A stretch of DNA of 64,000 nucleotides from the human T2T-CHM13v2.0 reference genome, Homo sapiens (GCF_009914755.1 NC_060927.1), one strand, 5' to 3'; shown: positions 14,499 through 36,239, counted from the first letter of the stretch. Notes: generated from the letters alone by a model not told the origin. Made by a program: numbers and translations.

Positions 14499-15243
14499 CT
14501 GTAGTGGAAAGACCAGGTTTCTAAATTGAAAATACATTCTACCTCCATTCAGTTCAGTCAGCGGCTTACGGTTCCCTTTTATGCGTATAAATCAATAAGG
14601 AACTGGAACTATTTTTCCGCTGTCACACAATGGGAAATTTAGCCAACAATCATGAAGTGTATAGATGAAAGTGAGTAACACAGCATTTCTAAGAATCAGG
14701 GCGCATCAGGGCTGTGAGATTAGTTCCCAGGCACATTATTGCTGTACTCCGTATGTCCCACACAGCTTTCTCATTTTGGTAGGAAGAACACTGGTCAAAA
14801 TGATCAAAAGAACTGACTTCCCACCCAGGCCTCCAGCTGTGTGAACTTGGCCAAGTCAAATCTCCAACTTTTTACTTTCTATAAAACAAACACACAAACA
14901 TACAAACACCCAACCTGCCTGAAGTATCTCAGAGAGTGATTATTAGGTTTCCTTGAGAACACGTGTGAAAACGCTTTCTTTTTGCAGGTCACCAAGTGCT
15001 TGGCAATTGTGAGGACTCAATAGTCATTAAGAAAAATATTTATTCAGCACCAGGCACTGAGCTAGGAAAATTGTGGAGATCTAAACAGACATATTCCCTT
15101 CCCTCATAGAGCTTACAGTCTAATAGAAGAGAGGTGGTTAAAAAGAGACAAACACATGTGTAAACTTCCAAAAATTGTGCAAAATGATAGAAAAGGAAGG
15201 CTCGAGAGGCTGTGGGAGGAAATAACAAGGGAGGAGTACATTA

Positions 15244-15741
<498 letters not shown>

Positions 15742-16095
15742 TCAAGACCTGGATACATTCCAGGAACTGAAAGAAAGCTCCGGAGGCTCTAGCCTAGTGA
15801 GGGTTGAGGGGAGGACAGGATGAGGTTGGAGGTCGGTAAGGGCACCACACAGGACCCCGGAGACCCAACTGAGAAATTCAGATTTTATTCCAACTGTCAT
15901 GGGAATCCTTGGAAAGCTTTTAGTCAGGGAGGTAACATTTGTTTGAAAAGAACTGTTTGGGCGGAATCAGTGTGTGAGTAAGTCCACAGGGAGGGGACCT
16001 GACGGCACAGCAAACAAGCACACGACTAGCAACAAAAGTGCTTCAACCCGAGACCTGCTCCTCTAGATACCAACCGCCTTTCTTCTCTTTTTACA

Positions 16096-17170
<1,075 letters not shown>

Positions 17171-17251
17171 GGAATTAATTCTAAGTAACCATTGGAAGAA
17201 AAAACAAAGTGGTAATTGGACAAATCCTCCGTTAAGGAAAGCAAGCATAGG

Positions 17252-17468
17252 CAGCGGTGTCCAATCTTTTGGCTTCCCTGGGCCGCACTGGAAGAAGAAT
17301 TGTGTTGGGCCACACACAAAATACACCAATGATGAACTAAAAAAAAAAAAAAATCACACAAAAAAATCTCTCATAATGTTTTAAGAAAGTTTACGAATTT
17401 GTGTTGGGCCCCAGTCAAAGCCATCCTGGGCCGCATGTGGCCTGCGGGCTACAGGTTGGACAAGCTTG
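17252..17468 (+). mobile_element. MER30-like hAT-Charlie MITE
   Basis: cagcggtgtccaatcttttggcttccctgggcc...caggttggacaagcttg, with terminal inverted similarity. Confidence 0.75.
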
Positions 17469-17620
17469 ACTTAAAGTATCATTAGGCCCCAACCTGGTGG
17501 GGTGGCTCACGCCTGTAATTCCAATGCTTTGGGAAACCAAGGCAGGAGGCTCGCTTGAACCCAGGAGTTCAAGAGCAGCCTGGGCAACACAGTGAAAACC
17601 TGTCTCTACAAAAAAATTTA

Positions 17621-17857
<237 letters not shown>

Positions 17858-18016
17858 CTAATTGTATGACAGTTATTCCAACTAGATCGGAATCATTCCT
17901 AAGAGACGGAGCATCTCTGGCACAGAATATGCTATAGGCCCTTTGAAAATATGTCTTAATATTTCATATTCTCTTACAAGTTGTAGGATTGCAGGCAAAT
18001 TACTGGACCTCACTAA

Positions 18017-20316
<2,300 letters not shown>

Positions 20317-20373
20317 CTATTAAAGAGACAAAAGCCACAGGAAAAAAATAGTTCTCTATTAAATTAACATTTA

Positions 20374-20709
<336 letters not shown>

Positions 20710-20841
20710 CTATGACTTAGAATACCGGCTGATACTATACGAGTCCATAGACTCAGAATAAACTCTGAGCTCCAGTAATCCTAGTTACTTGGGAAGCTGA
20801 GGTAGGACTAGTTACTTGGGAAGCTTGAGGCCAGGAGTTCA

Positions 20842-20961
<120 letters not shown>

Positions 20962-21468
20962 TCACCTGAGGCCAGGAGTTTGCGGCCAGCCTGGACAACA
21001 TGGCAAAACTCCGTCTCTACTAAAAACACAAACATAAGCTGGGCCTGGTGGCATGTGTTTTACTATTGTTTTTGTTGCTGCTGTTAGAGTCAATGCTAGG
21101 CATTGATAGTTTTGATGCTATTGTAAATAATATATATAAATTTTCAATTTTCTATTCTAAATCTGTTGCTGATGTATAAAAGATAGATTTTTATATATGA
21201 ATCTTGGTTCTTTTTTTCCCAGGAGTTTCATGGAAGTGCTGATCCATTGTTATCTTGCTTTGGATGTTGATGTTCAGAAGTCTGAAACTTTTTTTGCTTT
21301 GTGACTCTTTCTTTTTGCTGAGTATCTAAGGCAATTAATCCTACACATCTAAGCTACCACCAACACTTTCATATACAAAAACCTGCCATTCTTGTTGGCA
21401 TCATTTTCTGACCCACAGTTCCCTAATGTGCATATACTTCCTATCTTCTTGTTTTCCAACCTTGACCT

Positions 21469-22526
21469 GACTACTGGTTTTCAGTAACTCCGGGGATTTA
21501 ACCTGATTTCATCTTGGTCGACCCGACTACTGGTTTTCAGTAACTCCGGGGATTTCACCTGATTTCATCTTGGTCGACCCGACTACTGGTTTTCAGTAAC
21601 TCCGGGGATGTAACCTGATTTCATCTTGGTCGACCCGACTACTGGTTTTCAGTAACTCCGGGGATGTAACCTGATTTCGTCTTGGTCGACCCGACTACTG
21701 GTTTTCAGTAACTCCGGGGATTTAACCTGATTTCGTCTTGGTCGACCCGACTACTGGTTTTCAGTAACTCCGGGGATTTAACTTGGTTTCTTCTTGGTCG
21801 ACCCGACTACTGGTTTTCAGTAACTCCGGGGATTTAACTTGGTTTCTTCTTGGTCGACCCGACTACTGGTTTTCAGTAACTCCGGGGATTTAACTTGGTT
21901 TCTTCTTGGTCGACCCGACTACTGGTTTTCAGTAACTCCGGGGATTTAACTTGGTTTCTTCTTGGTCGACCCGACTACTGGTTTTCAGTAACTCCGGGGA
22001 TTTAACTTGGTTTCGTCTTGGTCGACCCGACTACTAGTTTTCAGTAACTCTGCGGATTTAACCTGGTTTCATCTTGGTCGACCCGACTACTGGTTTTCAG
22101 TAACTCTGGGGATTTCACCTGGTTTCATCTTGGTCGACCCGACTACTGGTTTTCAGTAACTCTGGGGATTTCACCTGGTTTCATCTTGGTCGACCCGACT
22201 ACTGGTTTTCAGTAACTCTGGGGATTTAACCTGGTTTCATCTTGGTCGACCCGACTACTGGTTTTCAGTAACTCTGGGGATTTCACCTGATTTCATCTTG
22301 ATTGACCCGACTACTGGTTTTCAGTAACTCTGGGGATTTCACCTGATTTCATCTTGGTTGACCCGACTACTGGTTTTCAGTAACTCTGGGGATTTCACCT
22401 GGTTTCATCTTGGTTGACCTGACTACTGGTTTTCAGTAACTCTGGGGATTTAACTTGGTTTCATCTTGGTCGACCCGACTACTGGTTTTCAGTAACTCTG
22501 GGGATTTCACCTGGTTTCATCTTGGT
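21469..22526. repeat. Minisatellite (VNTR), 19 x 56 bp (last unit partial)
   Basis: Unit gactactggttttcagtaactc(c/t)ggggatt...cttggtcgaccc recurs every 56 bp from 21469 to 22477. Confidence 0.97.
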
Positions 22527-22880
22527 AGTTCTTTTTTGTTCCAAGGCTTGCCTTGGATCTTCTAGTCTTGGTTTCTTTCTTTCTTTTTTTAAGACCCACT
22601 ACGAAGCAGAATCTTGGTTTCTTAACCTATTTTTTTTGCTGATGATCACAATATCTGAATGATATTCTACTTTAATTTTACTTTGGCTGAATGTAATGGC
22701 TGAGAATATAATTAAGAGGATACATCTCAGGAGCAAGTGTTGTTGCTGTTAGGAAAATTCTACCATCAACAGGTGTGGTCCTTATGGTAGAATGGGAGTT
22801 AACTGGCAAAGTGCTAAATCTGAGGTTTCTTTTGACATTGCTTTGGAGGGCTTAAAAGGAGACTAATATAAATATCTTCT

Positions 22881-23167
22881 GGCCAGGCACAGTGGCTCAC
22901 ATCTGTAATCTCAGCACTTTGGGAGGCCGAGGCGGGTGGATCACCTGAGGTCAGAAGTTCAAGACCAGCCTGGCCAATATGGTGAAACCCCATCTCTACT
23001 AAAAACACATAAATTAGCCAGGTGTGGTGGCCTACACCTGTAATCCCAGCTACTTGGGAGGCTGAAGCAGGAGAATCGCTTGAACTCGAGAGACGGAGGT
23101 CGCAGTGAGCCAAGATCGAGCTGCTGCACTCCAGCCTGGGCGACAGAGCTAGACTCCATCTCAAAAA

Positions 23168-23198
<31 letters not shown>

Positions 23199-23200
23199 AA
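22881..23200 (+). mobile_element. AluS with (AAAT)n tail
   Basis: TSD ataaatatcttct. Confidence 0.9.
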
Positions 23201-24077
23201 ATATCTTCTATTTTAAAACATACTTAAAAGATACTTATCTTCTATAAGATAATGTCAAAAGATTCATGACTTTTAAAATAGAAGATATTTATATTAGTCT
23301 TTTTAAATTATGAGAGTTTTTCAGGGAAAAGAGTTAGGAAACCTCTGAAAAAGTCTATTCATTACAGAGAAAACTTAAACACAAACTAGTTTTCATGAAG
23401 TTTCCCAGAGAAGAAAAGTAGTTTTTAAAAAATATAAGCTACATGCAGAGGGTTAAGAGGGATAATGACATCAAGACCTAGAGCTACCTAAGGTGCTTTG
23501 TAATTGGCAAATACAAAATAAGAGAAGGTGTTAGGCAATTTGCTTGGAAGACTTACAGATAATATCTTAAAAAAAAGTCTAGTGACTTTGTTTTTGAGAC
23601 GGTCTCACTCTGTTGCCCAGGCTGCAGTGCAGTGGGGAGACCACAGCTCACTGCAGCCTCAACCTCCTAGGCTCACGCAGTCCTCCTACCTTAGCCTCCC
23701 ACGCAGTTAGGACTACAGATGTGTACTACCACATCCAGATAATTTTTTTACTTTTCCAGTTATTTTTATAAGTTATTTATTTATAGAGACAGAGTCTTGC
23801 TATGTTGCCCAAGCTGGTCTTAAACCCCAGGCCTCAAATGATCCTTCCACCTCCTAGTGACCTTTTAAAAACAATTCTTCCATATAAACTTACAATATTC
23901 TCAGGCCCAGTGCAGTGGTTCACACCTATCATCCTAGCGTTATGGGGGGGCCAAGGCAGACAGATCACTTGAGCTCAGGAGTTCGAGATCAGCCTGGACA
24001 ACATAGTGAAACCCTGTCTGTATCAAAAATTTAAGAAATTATCTGGGTGTGGTGGCAGGTGCCTGTAGTCCCAGCTA

Positions 24078-24239
<162 letters not shown>

Positions 24240-24662
24240 TCAGCTGGGCATGGCAGCTCATGCCTGTAATCCCAATGCTTTGAGAGGCCAAGGAGGGAGA
24301 AACACTCGAGGCCAGGAGGCTGAGACCAGCCTGGACAACAAAGCAAGACCCCACCTCTACGAACAATTAAACCGCAGCCTGGCGTGGTGGCACGTGCCTG
24401 TAGTCCCAGCTACTCAGGAGGCTGAGGTGGGAGAATTGCTTGAGCGCAGGATTGCAATGAACTATAATTGTGCCATTGCACTCCAGCCTGAGTGACAGAG
24501 TGAAGATCCTGTGTCTACAACAAATAAATAGGCTGGGCACGGTGGCTCACACCTGTAATCTCAACATTTTGGGAGGACGAGATGGGCAGATCACCTGAGG
24601 TCAGGAGTTTGAGACCAGCCTGGTCAACATGGTGAAACCCCGTCTGTACTAAAAATATTTTA

Positions 24663-24941
<279 letters not shown>

Positions 24942-24959
24942 TCAGTGAAAAGCTGATAA

Positions 24960-25274
<315 letters not shown>

Positions 25275-25613
25275 ATCCTCTGTAACTTTCTAAACTGCTC
25301 CTAGAAAAGTTGTCAGTCATCCTAATACAGCTGGTTTCTAACTGCTTAGGTTGTAGCCCCAACTTTGTTTTGCAAGTCAATTCCTTAAAACTTGGGATGC
25401 ATTTTCTTATAAAAGTAAACTAGATACGAGGTTAGGTCCTAATGACCACAAAAGCTCGCAAATCCACTTTGTCCTCAAAATACAATACAAATAACATAAT
25501 GAAGCCCAACCACTATGTATGAGAAGGTTCATAATGTGCTGAATGTCTTCTTTAGGAATATACTTTTCCATCTGGGATGTGAGAGTACAAGAGACTGCCT
25601 GAGACAAGGCCCC

Positions 25614-25943
25614 CTGTGGGGGAGGGTGGGGGTGTATGTGGGGTGGGATATGACGATGGGATGAGGTCATCTGTGGGGGAGGGTGGTGGTGTATGTGGGG
25701 TGGGATATGAGGATGGGATGAGGTCATCTGTGGGGGAGGGTGGGGGTGTATGTGGGGTGGGATATGAGGATGGGACGAGGTCATCTGTGGGGGAGGGTGG
25801 GGGTGTTTGTGAGGTGGGATATGAGGATGGGACGAGGTCATCTGTGGGGGAGGGTGGGGGTGTTTGTGGGGTGGGATATGAGGATGGGATGAGGTCATCT
25901 GTGGGGGAGGGTGGGGGTGTATGTGGTGGGATACGAAGATGGG
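25614..25943. repeat. G-rich minisatellite, about 5.7 x 57 bp
   Basis: Unit ctgtgggggagggtgggggtgtatgtggggtgggatatgaggatgggatgaggtcat starts at 25614, 25671, 25728, 25785, 25842 and 25899. Confidence 0.95.
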
Positions 25944-26479
25944 AACTAAGGGCTCCAGGGGGTTGGGGTCTCGCAGGGCTCTATATTCCAGACACACCTG
26001 TACGACCCAGGCCAGCTCTCTACTTGCTATCTTTATATCTTCTGTTTTTTTTTTTTTTTTCTGAGACGGAATCTCGCTCTGTCACCCAGGCTGGAGTTCA
26101 ATGGTGCAATCTTGACTCACTGTAACCTCCCAGGGTTCAAGTGAGTCTCCTGCCTCAGCCTCCCAAGTAGCTGGGATTACGGGCACCTGCCACCATACCC
26201 GGCTAATTTTTGTATTTTTAGTAGAGATGGGGTTTCACCATGTTGGCCAGGCTGGTCTCAAATTCCTGACTTCAGGAGATCCGCCCGCCTCAGCCTCCCA
26301 AAGTGCTGGGACTACAGGCGTGAGCCACCGTGCCCGGCTATGTTTTCAATAGTAAAGGAATGCCGGAGGAAACAACAATCTTTTACATGTAACTCTTCTC
26401 TGCTTGAGAAAGATGGCTTCCATATATTTAATAGCTGTGTTAGCTCGGTCACTTTTGGTGTTAAGCAGGTAATTCTTAC

Positions 26480-26561
26480 CTGGACTTCAAATTGCCATTC
26501 CTTTTTGACATTAATTAGCTGTTTTTGAAGTGATATTATCTGTTTTCTTCCTTTTTCCTCC
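26480..26561 (-). CDS. IQCG: IQCG coding exon ((R)[27 protein letters not shown])
   Basis: atcttctag|G acceptor and CAG|gtaaga donor; 82 nt, phase 2-0, fits both neighbouring exons. Confidence 0.95.
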
Positions 26562-26592
26562 CTAGAAGATATAAGAATGATTTGTGTTTAGA

Positions 26593-26770
26593 GCAGTGCT
26601 TCTCAAAACTTACGTGCACAAGGACCACCCCGCACATAAGAAAACCAGATTCCTGGCCTCTTCCCCCAGAGAATCTGACTCAGCAGGTCTGGGAGGGGCC
26701 TGAAGTGTGCATCTCTATCGAGTTCCCAAGCAATGCTAACAGGGCTGGTCCACGTCACATTTTCAATAAC
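26593..26770. mobile_element. MER5A-like hAT remnant
   Basis: cagtgcttctcaaaactt...gaatctgactcagcaggtctgggaggggcctga. Confidence 0.6.
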
Positions 26771-27005
26771 ACGTTTTAAAAGACAGATTTGTTTTAATAG
26801 ATTGGAGGAAGATTCTCTGGCTTGTCAGTGTCGAATCTAAAAATAGCTGCTGCTGAGAAAAAGTGAAGAAGAGAAGGACAGCAAGAGGAGAAAGAAGAAT
26901 CCTTTCTACTTTGGGCACTTCAATTACATATTCTAACCCTCACAATAGCCTGATTTCTATTTTACCGATGAGAAAATGCGGTGTAGACAGCTAAGGTGAG
27001 TTGAT

Positions 27006-27406
27006 GTGCTGGATGTGAGAATGTGCCTCACCGATCTCCAACTACAGGGGGCGTAAGTCAGCAAGGGTCCCGGCTTCTAGGCTCTGCAATCCTTCTCTGT
27101 GTGTTCTGAGGCCACACTGCCCACAGACTGCTCCCATCCCATTATTAAGTGTGGCAGGAATCACATGGGATGGGCCTTTCCTGGGGAGTCAGGGCGTCTC
27201 TGATGGTTGACTTTGGCTCAAGGACTCTTGATGACCTTGCCAAACACAGCCGTGTCTTCCAGCCTCTCCTTCACTGGGGGTCAGCCTTGCACTGGTTCTG
27301 AAGGTTCCCTCCCCATTTTCTCTCACGCAGATCTTTCCCCTGATAAAATCTTTGCATGAATAATTCCATCTCAGCATCCATTTTTCAGAAGACCTGGACT
27401 AACACA
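27006..27406 (+). mobile_element. ERVL LTR (LTR16-like)
   Basis: TG...CA ends; the 3' part ctgataaaatctttgcatgaataattccatctcagcatcc...gactaacaca is typical of the LTR16 family. Confidence 0.55.
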
Positions 27407-27646
27407 CTTGCCATGGTCACACAAACAGTAAATGGCAGAAAGGGGTTCAAACTCAGGACTGTCGGACACCGGAGCCTGTGAACTTAACTACTTTGTATGA
27501 CTGTTTCTCAATCTACTCTGAGAAACAGCCTTCTGCTTCTCTCCAGCAATCCCATTATTTAGGTTTAAAACAAACAAAAAATAGCAAAACAATACCAGAA
27601 TAAACAAAACAAAACAAAAGAAGACTTCTCACTAAACTGCAGCTAG

Positions 27647-28009
<363 letters not shown>

Positions 28010-28202
28010 TAACTAGAATCTTGAGATTGTCATTGCCAAAACAAACTATAGATTATGTACTTCCCACTCATAGATCACAAAAAATAGATAAGAAAGCTAC
28101 AGAATGAGTACTTTCCGTCTACTATTAATTCAATATCCCAAGGAAAGGTTTATTGAAACAAACAAATATCATTTACATGAGATTATAAAAGTGCCCATTT
28201 TA

Positions 28203-28560
28203 CACATATACACCATGGAATACTATGCAGCCATAAAAAAGGATGAGTTCATGTCCTTTGCAGGGACGTGGATGAAGCTGGAAACCATCATTCTCAGCAA
28301 ACTGTCACAAGGACAGAAAACCAAACACCGCATGTTCTCATTCATAGGTGGGAGTTGAACAATGAGAACATATGGACACAGGGAGGGGAACATCACACAC
28401 TGGGGCCTGTTGTGGGGTGGGGGGCTGGGGGAGGGAGAGCATTAGGAGAAATACCTAATGTTGATGACAGGCTGATGGGTGCAGAAAACCACCATGGCAC
28501 ATGTATACCTATGTATCAAACCTGCACGTTTTGCACACGTGCCCTAGAACTTAAAGTATC
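28203..28560 (+). mobile_element. 5'-truncated L1PA 3' end
   Basis: ORF2 C-terminus HIYTMEYYAAIKKDEFMSFAGTWMKLETIILSKLSQGQKTKHRMFS, G-rich 3'UTR, ends cttaaagtat. Confidence 0.9.
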
Positions 28561-28670
28561 AAATGCAAAGAAAGTATGAAGAGAAATAAAAATCACCCAT
28601 AATCCCACTATCTGGAGTTAACTATCATTGAAATTTTATTATATTTCCTTCCAGTCAATACACACTATAA

Positions 28671-28928
<258 letters not shown>

Positions 28929-29944
28929 TGAGTAGCTGGGGACTACAGGTGCGCATCACCATGCCTCGCTAATTTTTGCATTTTTAGTAGAGGTGGGGTG
29001 TCACCATGTTGGCCAGGCTGGTCTCAAACTCCTGACCTCAAATGATCCATCCACATCGTCTTCCCAAAGTGCTGGGATTACAGGCGTGAGCCACCATGCC
29101 TAGCCCTCTGTTCACTCTTGAAACAATACTAAAATAACAGGCAAGAAATAATGAAAGGTGTAAACCTATAAACACAAAGAGATTGGGAGAAGAAATGATG
29201 CAGCTGACAGACATCAGCAAAATTAAAGAAGATATAAAGCAGACAAGAGAAAAATGAGATCTAAATGTGTACAGAATGAGAAGCTAAGAAGAAGAAAACA
29301 GAATAAAGCTACAGGCCCCCCAGAAAAGCTCAGCACATGAAGGCACTACACATCTTCGAAGGCACAACTGTGCCACAGGGCTAAATCCAGGTGGAGCGAT
29401 CAAAAGTCTGGCAAAGGAGCAGGATGACCTGATTCCCTTCCCCAGCCCTGTGGCCAGGCAGCTGCCTTTTCTCCTCTCGGGAGATCATGGGTGTTTGGTT
29501 AGTTTTGGCCAGGTTGCCTGGAATGGTTGAACCAAGGATTTGGACTTGCAGACGGACACCAGACACAGCTGGAGGTGGAGATGAAGGACCATGCTAAAAA
29601 CAGGGGGACCAAAAAACATTCTGCTTAATGGATGGTGAGTTTCCCCAGCCTTTCCCTGGCTAGCTCTCAACACATGGGTAGTCAGAGAATAACCACTGAC
29701 AATAACCATTACTTCTTCACTGCTCCTCACCCCTCCCAGCAAAGATTGGTAGATTCTTCGAGAATGCTGACTACACCAAGGGAAAAGATGTACTTTTCTT
29801 TTCTGCCCAGCCATGCTACAGTGCAGTGTTGCCCACATGCACAGAGCAGAGCATCCATCAGCTTCTTGGCACTTCACTCTTAAATACAAACGGACAGCCA
29901 AAGATGACCAAACACAATTCCCCTAACATTAAAAACAGAGACTA

Positions 29945-32380
<2,436 letters not shown>

Positions 32381-32629
32381 GAATTCAATCTTAAGAAAGG
32401 TTACTAGAGAAGGAAGAATGGTCTTGATATATTGTAAATACAGATAATGAAGTCCTAGAAATCTGACTTATTGTCCCAGCAGAACTAGGAAGAAAACCCA
32501 AATTCTGACTTCTAGTTATCTTCCCTGGAAAGCACACGGTTGGTTTGCTTTAAAATTCAAGGATTTCCAGTAAGAGTGTTTTAGCACTTTAAAATACAGC
32601 AAAGCAAGTAAACCTAACATGACTCTGAC

Positions 32630-32758
32630 CTGGCAATGATGTCATAGAAATGCATTTTGTTTTCCCTCTCTTTGCTCAAAGCTTGCAGGAGACTGTTGTA
32701 AGTGGCCGAATCTTGCAACTCCTTAATGGTATCTGCAATCACATCGCTGAAAAACTGC
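32630..32758 (-). CDS. IQCG: IQCG coding exon ((R)[42 protein letters not shown](R))
   Basis: ttctccttacag|G acceptor and AG|gtcaga donor; 129 nt, phase 2-2. Confidence 0.95.
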
Positions 32759-33089
32759 CTGTAAGGAGAAACAGACCAACAAAAAATGAGTTAATAAATT
32801 CTATTTTCAGCCGGGCATGGTGGCTCACCCCTGTAATCCCAGCACTTTGGGAGGCTGAGGCAGGCGGATCACGAGGTCAGGAGATCAAGACCATCCTGGC
32901 CAACATGGTAAAACCCCATCCCTACTAAAAATACAAAAAAATTAGCCAGGCGCGGTGGCAGGTGTCTGTAATCCCAGCTACTCGGAAGGCTGAGGCAGGA
33001 GAATTGCTGGAACCCGGGAGGTGGAGGTTGCGGTGAGCAGAGATCACCAATGCACTCCAGTCTGGCAACAGAGTGAGACTCCGTCTCAA

Positions 33090-33129
<40 letters not shown>

Positions 33130-33255
33130 ATTTTCAGGCCAGGTGCAGTGGCATGTGCCCTAATTCCAGCTACTTGGGAGGCTGAGGTGGAAGAATTGCT
33201 TGAGCCCAGGAGTTTGAGATCAGCTGGGACTACACAGCAAGACCTGGTCTCAAAA

Positions 33256-33584
33256 AATATATATATGTATTATATATATATGTATTTATATATGTATTAT
33301 ATATAATATACATTATATATGTATAATATATATTATATATGTATAATATATGTATTATATATGTATTATATGCATATTATGTATTATATATATGTATAAT
33401 ATATATTATATATTATTATATATTATATTATATTGTATTATATATTACATATTATATATGTATAATATATATTAATATAAAATATTATATATTATACATA
33501 TATATAAAATACATATATTATACATATATATATAAAATACATATATTATACATATATATATATAAAATACATATATTATACATA
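33256..33584. repeat. Long degenerate (TA)n-rich tract from an Alu monomer tail
   Basis: About 330 bp of almost pure A/T in alternating pattern. Confidence 0.95.
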
Positions 33585-33700
33585 CGCATTTCCCTACATT
33601 CACAAAGGGCTACAGAAGTCACACAAGTTAAGACCCAGGCCAGGTGCAGTGGCTCACGCCTGTAATCCCAGCACTTTGGGAGGCCAAGGTGGGTGGATCA

Positions 33701-33895
<195 letters not shown>

Positions 33896-34249
33896 TCAAA
33901 AAAACACAAAAAACAAAAAAACCGCAAAAGTTTGATTAGGTCTTTAAAAAAATTTTTTTAAATGATTTAACTTTTTCAAAATTATGAAGTATTTCAAAAA
34001 TTCAGAAAGTATAAAGAATAAAATAATGAATATTTATGTACGTAACACCAAATTTAAATATTTTACCATGGTAGAGACTTGGTTTTTTTTAAAGATTACA
34101 TGTGTCAGATATATCTGAAGTCTCTAGTCCCAGTCCCCTCAATCTTCCCCAGAGATAAACACTCTTCTGAATTTGGTGATTATTATTCTCTAGCATGTTG
34201 TGATACTTTTATTATGTGTTTGTGTGTTTTATTTAAATAATACATGTAG

Positions 34250-34390
<141 letters not shown>

Positions 34391-34542
34391 TGAGTGGCTG
34401 GGAGTACAGGCATGGGCCACCTCACCCAGCTAAAAAAAAAAAAAAAAAAAGAAGTTTTCTTTAATTTCTAGTTTGCTAAGAGGTTTTTAGTGTTGATTTT
34501 TATATGTTGAATTTTGCCAAATGCCTTTTCTGCATCTATTGA

Positions 34543-35055
<513 letters not shown>

Positions 35056-35092
35056 TGAGAAAGAGCTGGAGACATATAGCCCAGGTTTCCTA

Positions 35093-35299
<207 letters not shown>

Positions 35300-36239
35300 T
35301 CATGGTGGCACGTGCCTGTAGTCCCTGCCACTTGGGAGGCTGAGGTGGGAGGGTCGTTTGAGGCTGTAGTGAGTCATGTTTGTGCCACTGCACTCCTGCC
35401 TGAGTGACAGAGTGAGACCCTGTCTCAAAATAATGATAATAATAAAATAAAAATTAAAAATGGCTATTTAATGTCTTGACACAGTTGGCAAGAATTATAG
35501 TTACTATTTTACATAACAACTCAAGGGAGAGGGAGATTTAGAGAATAGCCAGTTTTAGCTGGTATGGTAAGGAAGTCCCCTTTGCTTTAATCTTTCCAAG
35601 AAAAGTAATTTTGTGGCCGGGCGCAGTGGCTCATGCCTGTAATCCCAGCACTTTGGGAGACTGAGGCGGGCGGATCACCTGAGGTCGGGAGTTCGAGATC
35701 AGCCTGGCTAACATGGTGAAACCCTGTCTCTACTAAAAATACAAAATTAACCAGGCGTGGTGACGCACGCCAGTAATCCCAGCTACTCGGGAGGCTCAGG
35801 CAAGAGAATCGCTTGAACCCAGGAGGCGGAGGTTGCGTGAGCCGGGATTGCGCCACTGCACTCCAGTATGGGCGACAGAACGAGACTCTGTCTCCAAAAA
35901 AAAAAAAAGAAAAGAAAAGTAAATTTGTGATTTTTAAAATTGTTAATTAATTAATTAGAGACAGGGTCTCGCCCTGTCACTCAGGCTGGAATGCAGTGGC
36001 ATGATCGTAACTCACTGTAACCTCAACCTCCCCGGCTTGAGTGGTCCTCCCCCGCCTCAGCCTCCTCAGTAGCTAGGACTAAAGCACGCCACCACGCCCA
36101 GCTAATTTTTTTCATTTTTGTGGAGATGAGGTCTCGCTATGTTGCCCAGGCTGGTCTTGAACTCCTAGCTTCAAGCACTCCTCCCACTTCAGCCTCCCAA
36201 AGTGCTGGGATCACAGGTGTGAGCCACCGCCTGCAGCCA

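Noticed and set aside
21469-22526. TACTG...CAGTA resembling LexA SOS boxes, or an integron or CRISPR array
   Set aside because: The spacing is CTG-N5-CAG rather than N10, units are head-to-tail with no spacers, and the DNA is eukaryotic.
25407-26125. 196-aa His/Pro-rich and 169-aa Gly-rich ORFs
   Set aside because: Both are by-products of a stop-free 57-bp repeat, neither has an ATG start, and there is no other gene evidence.
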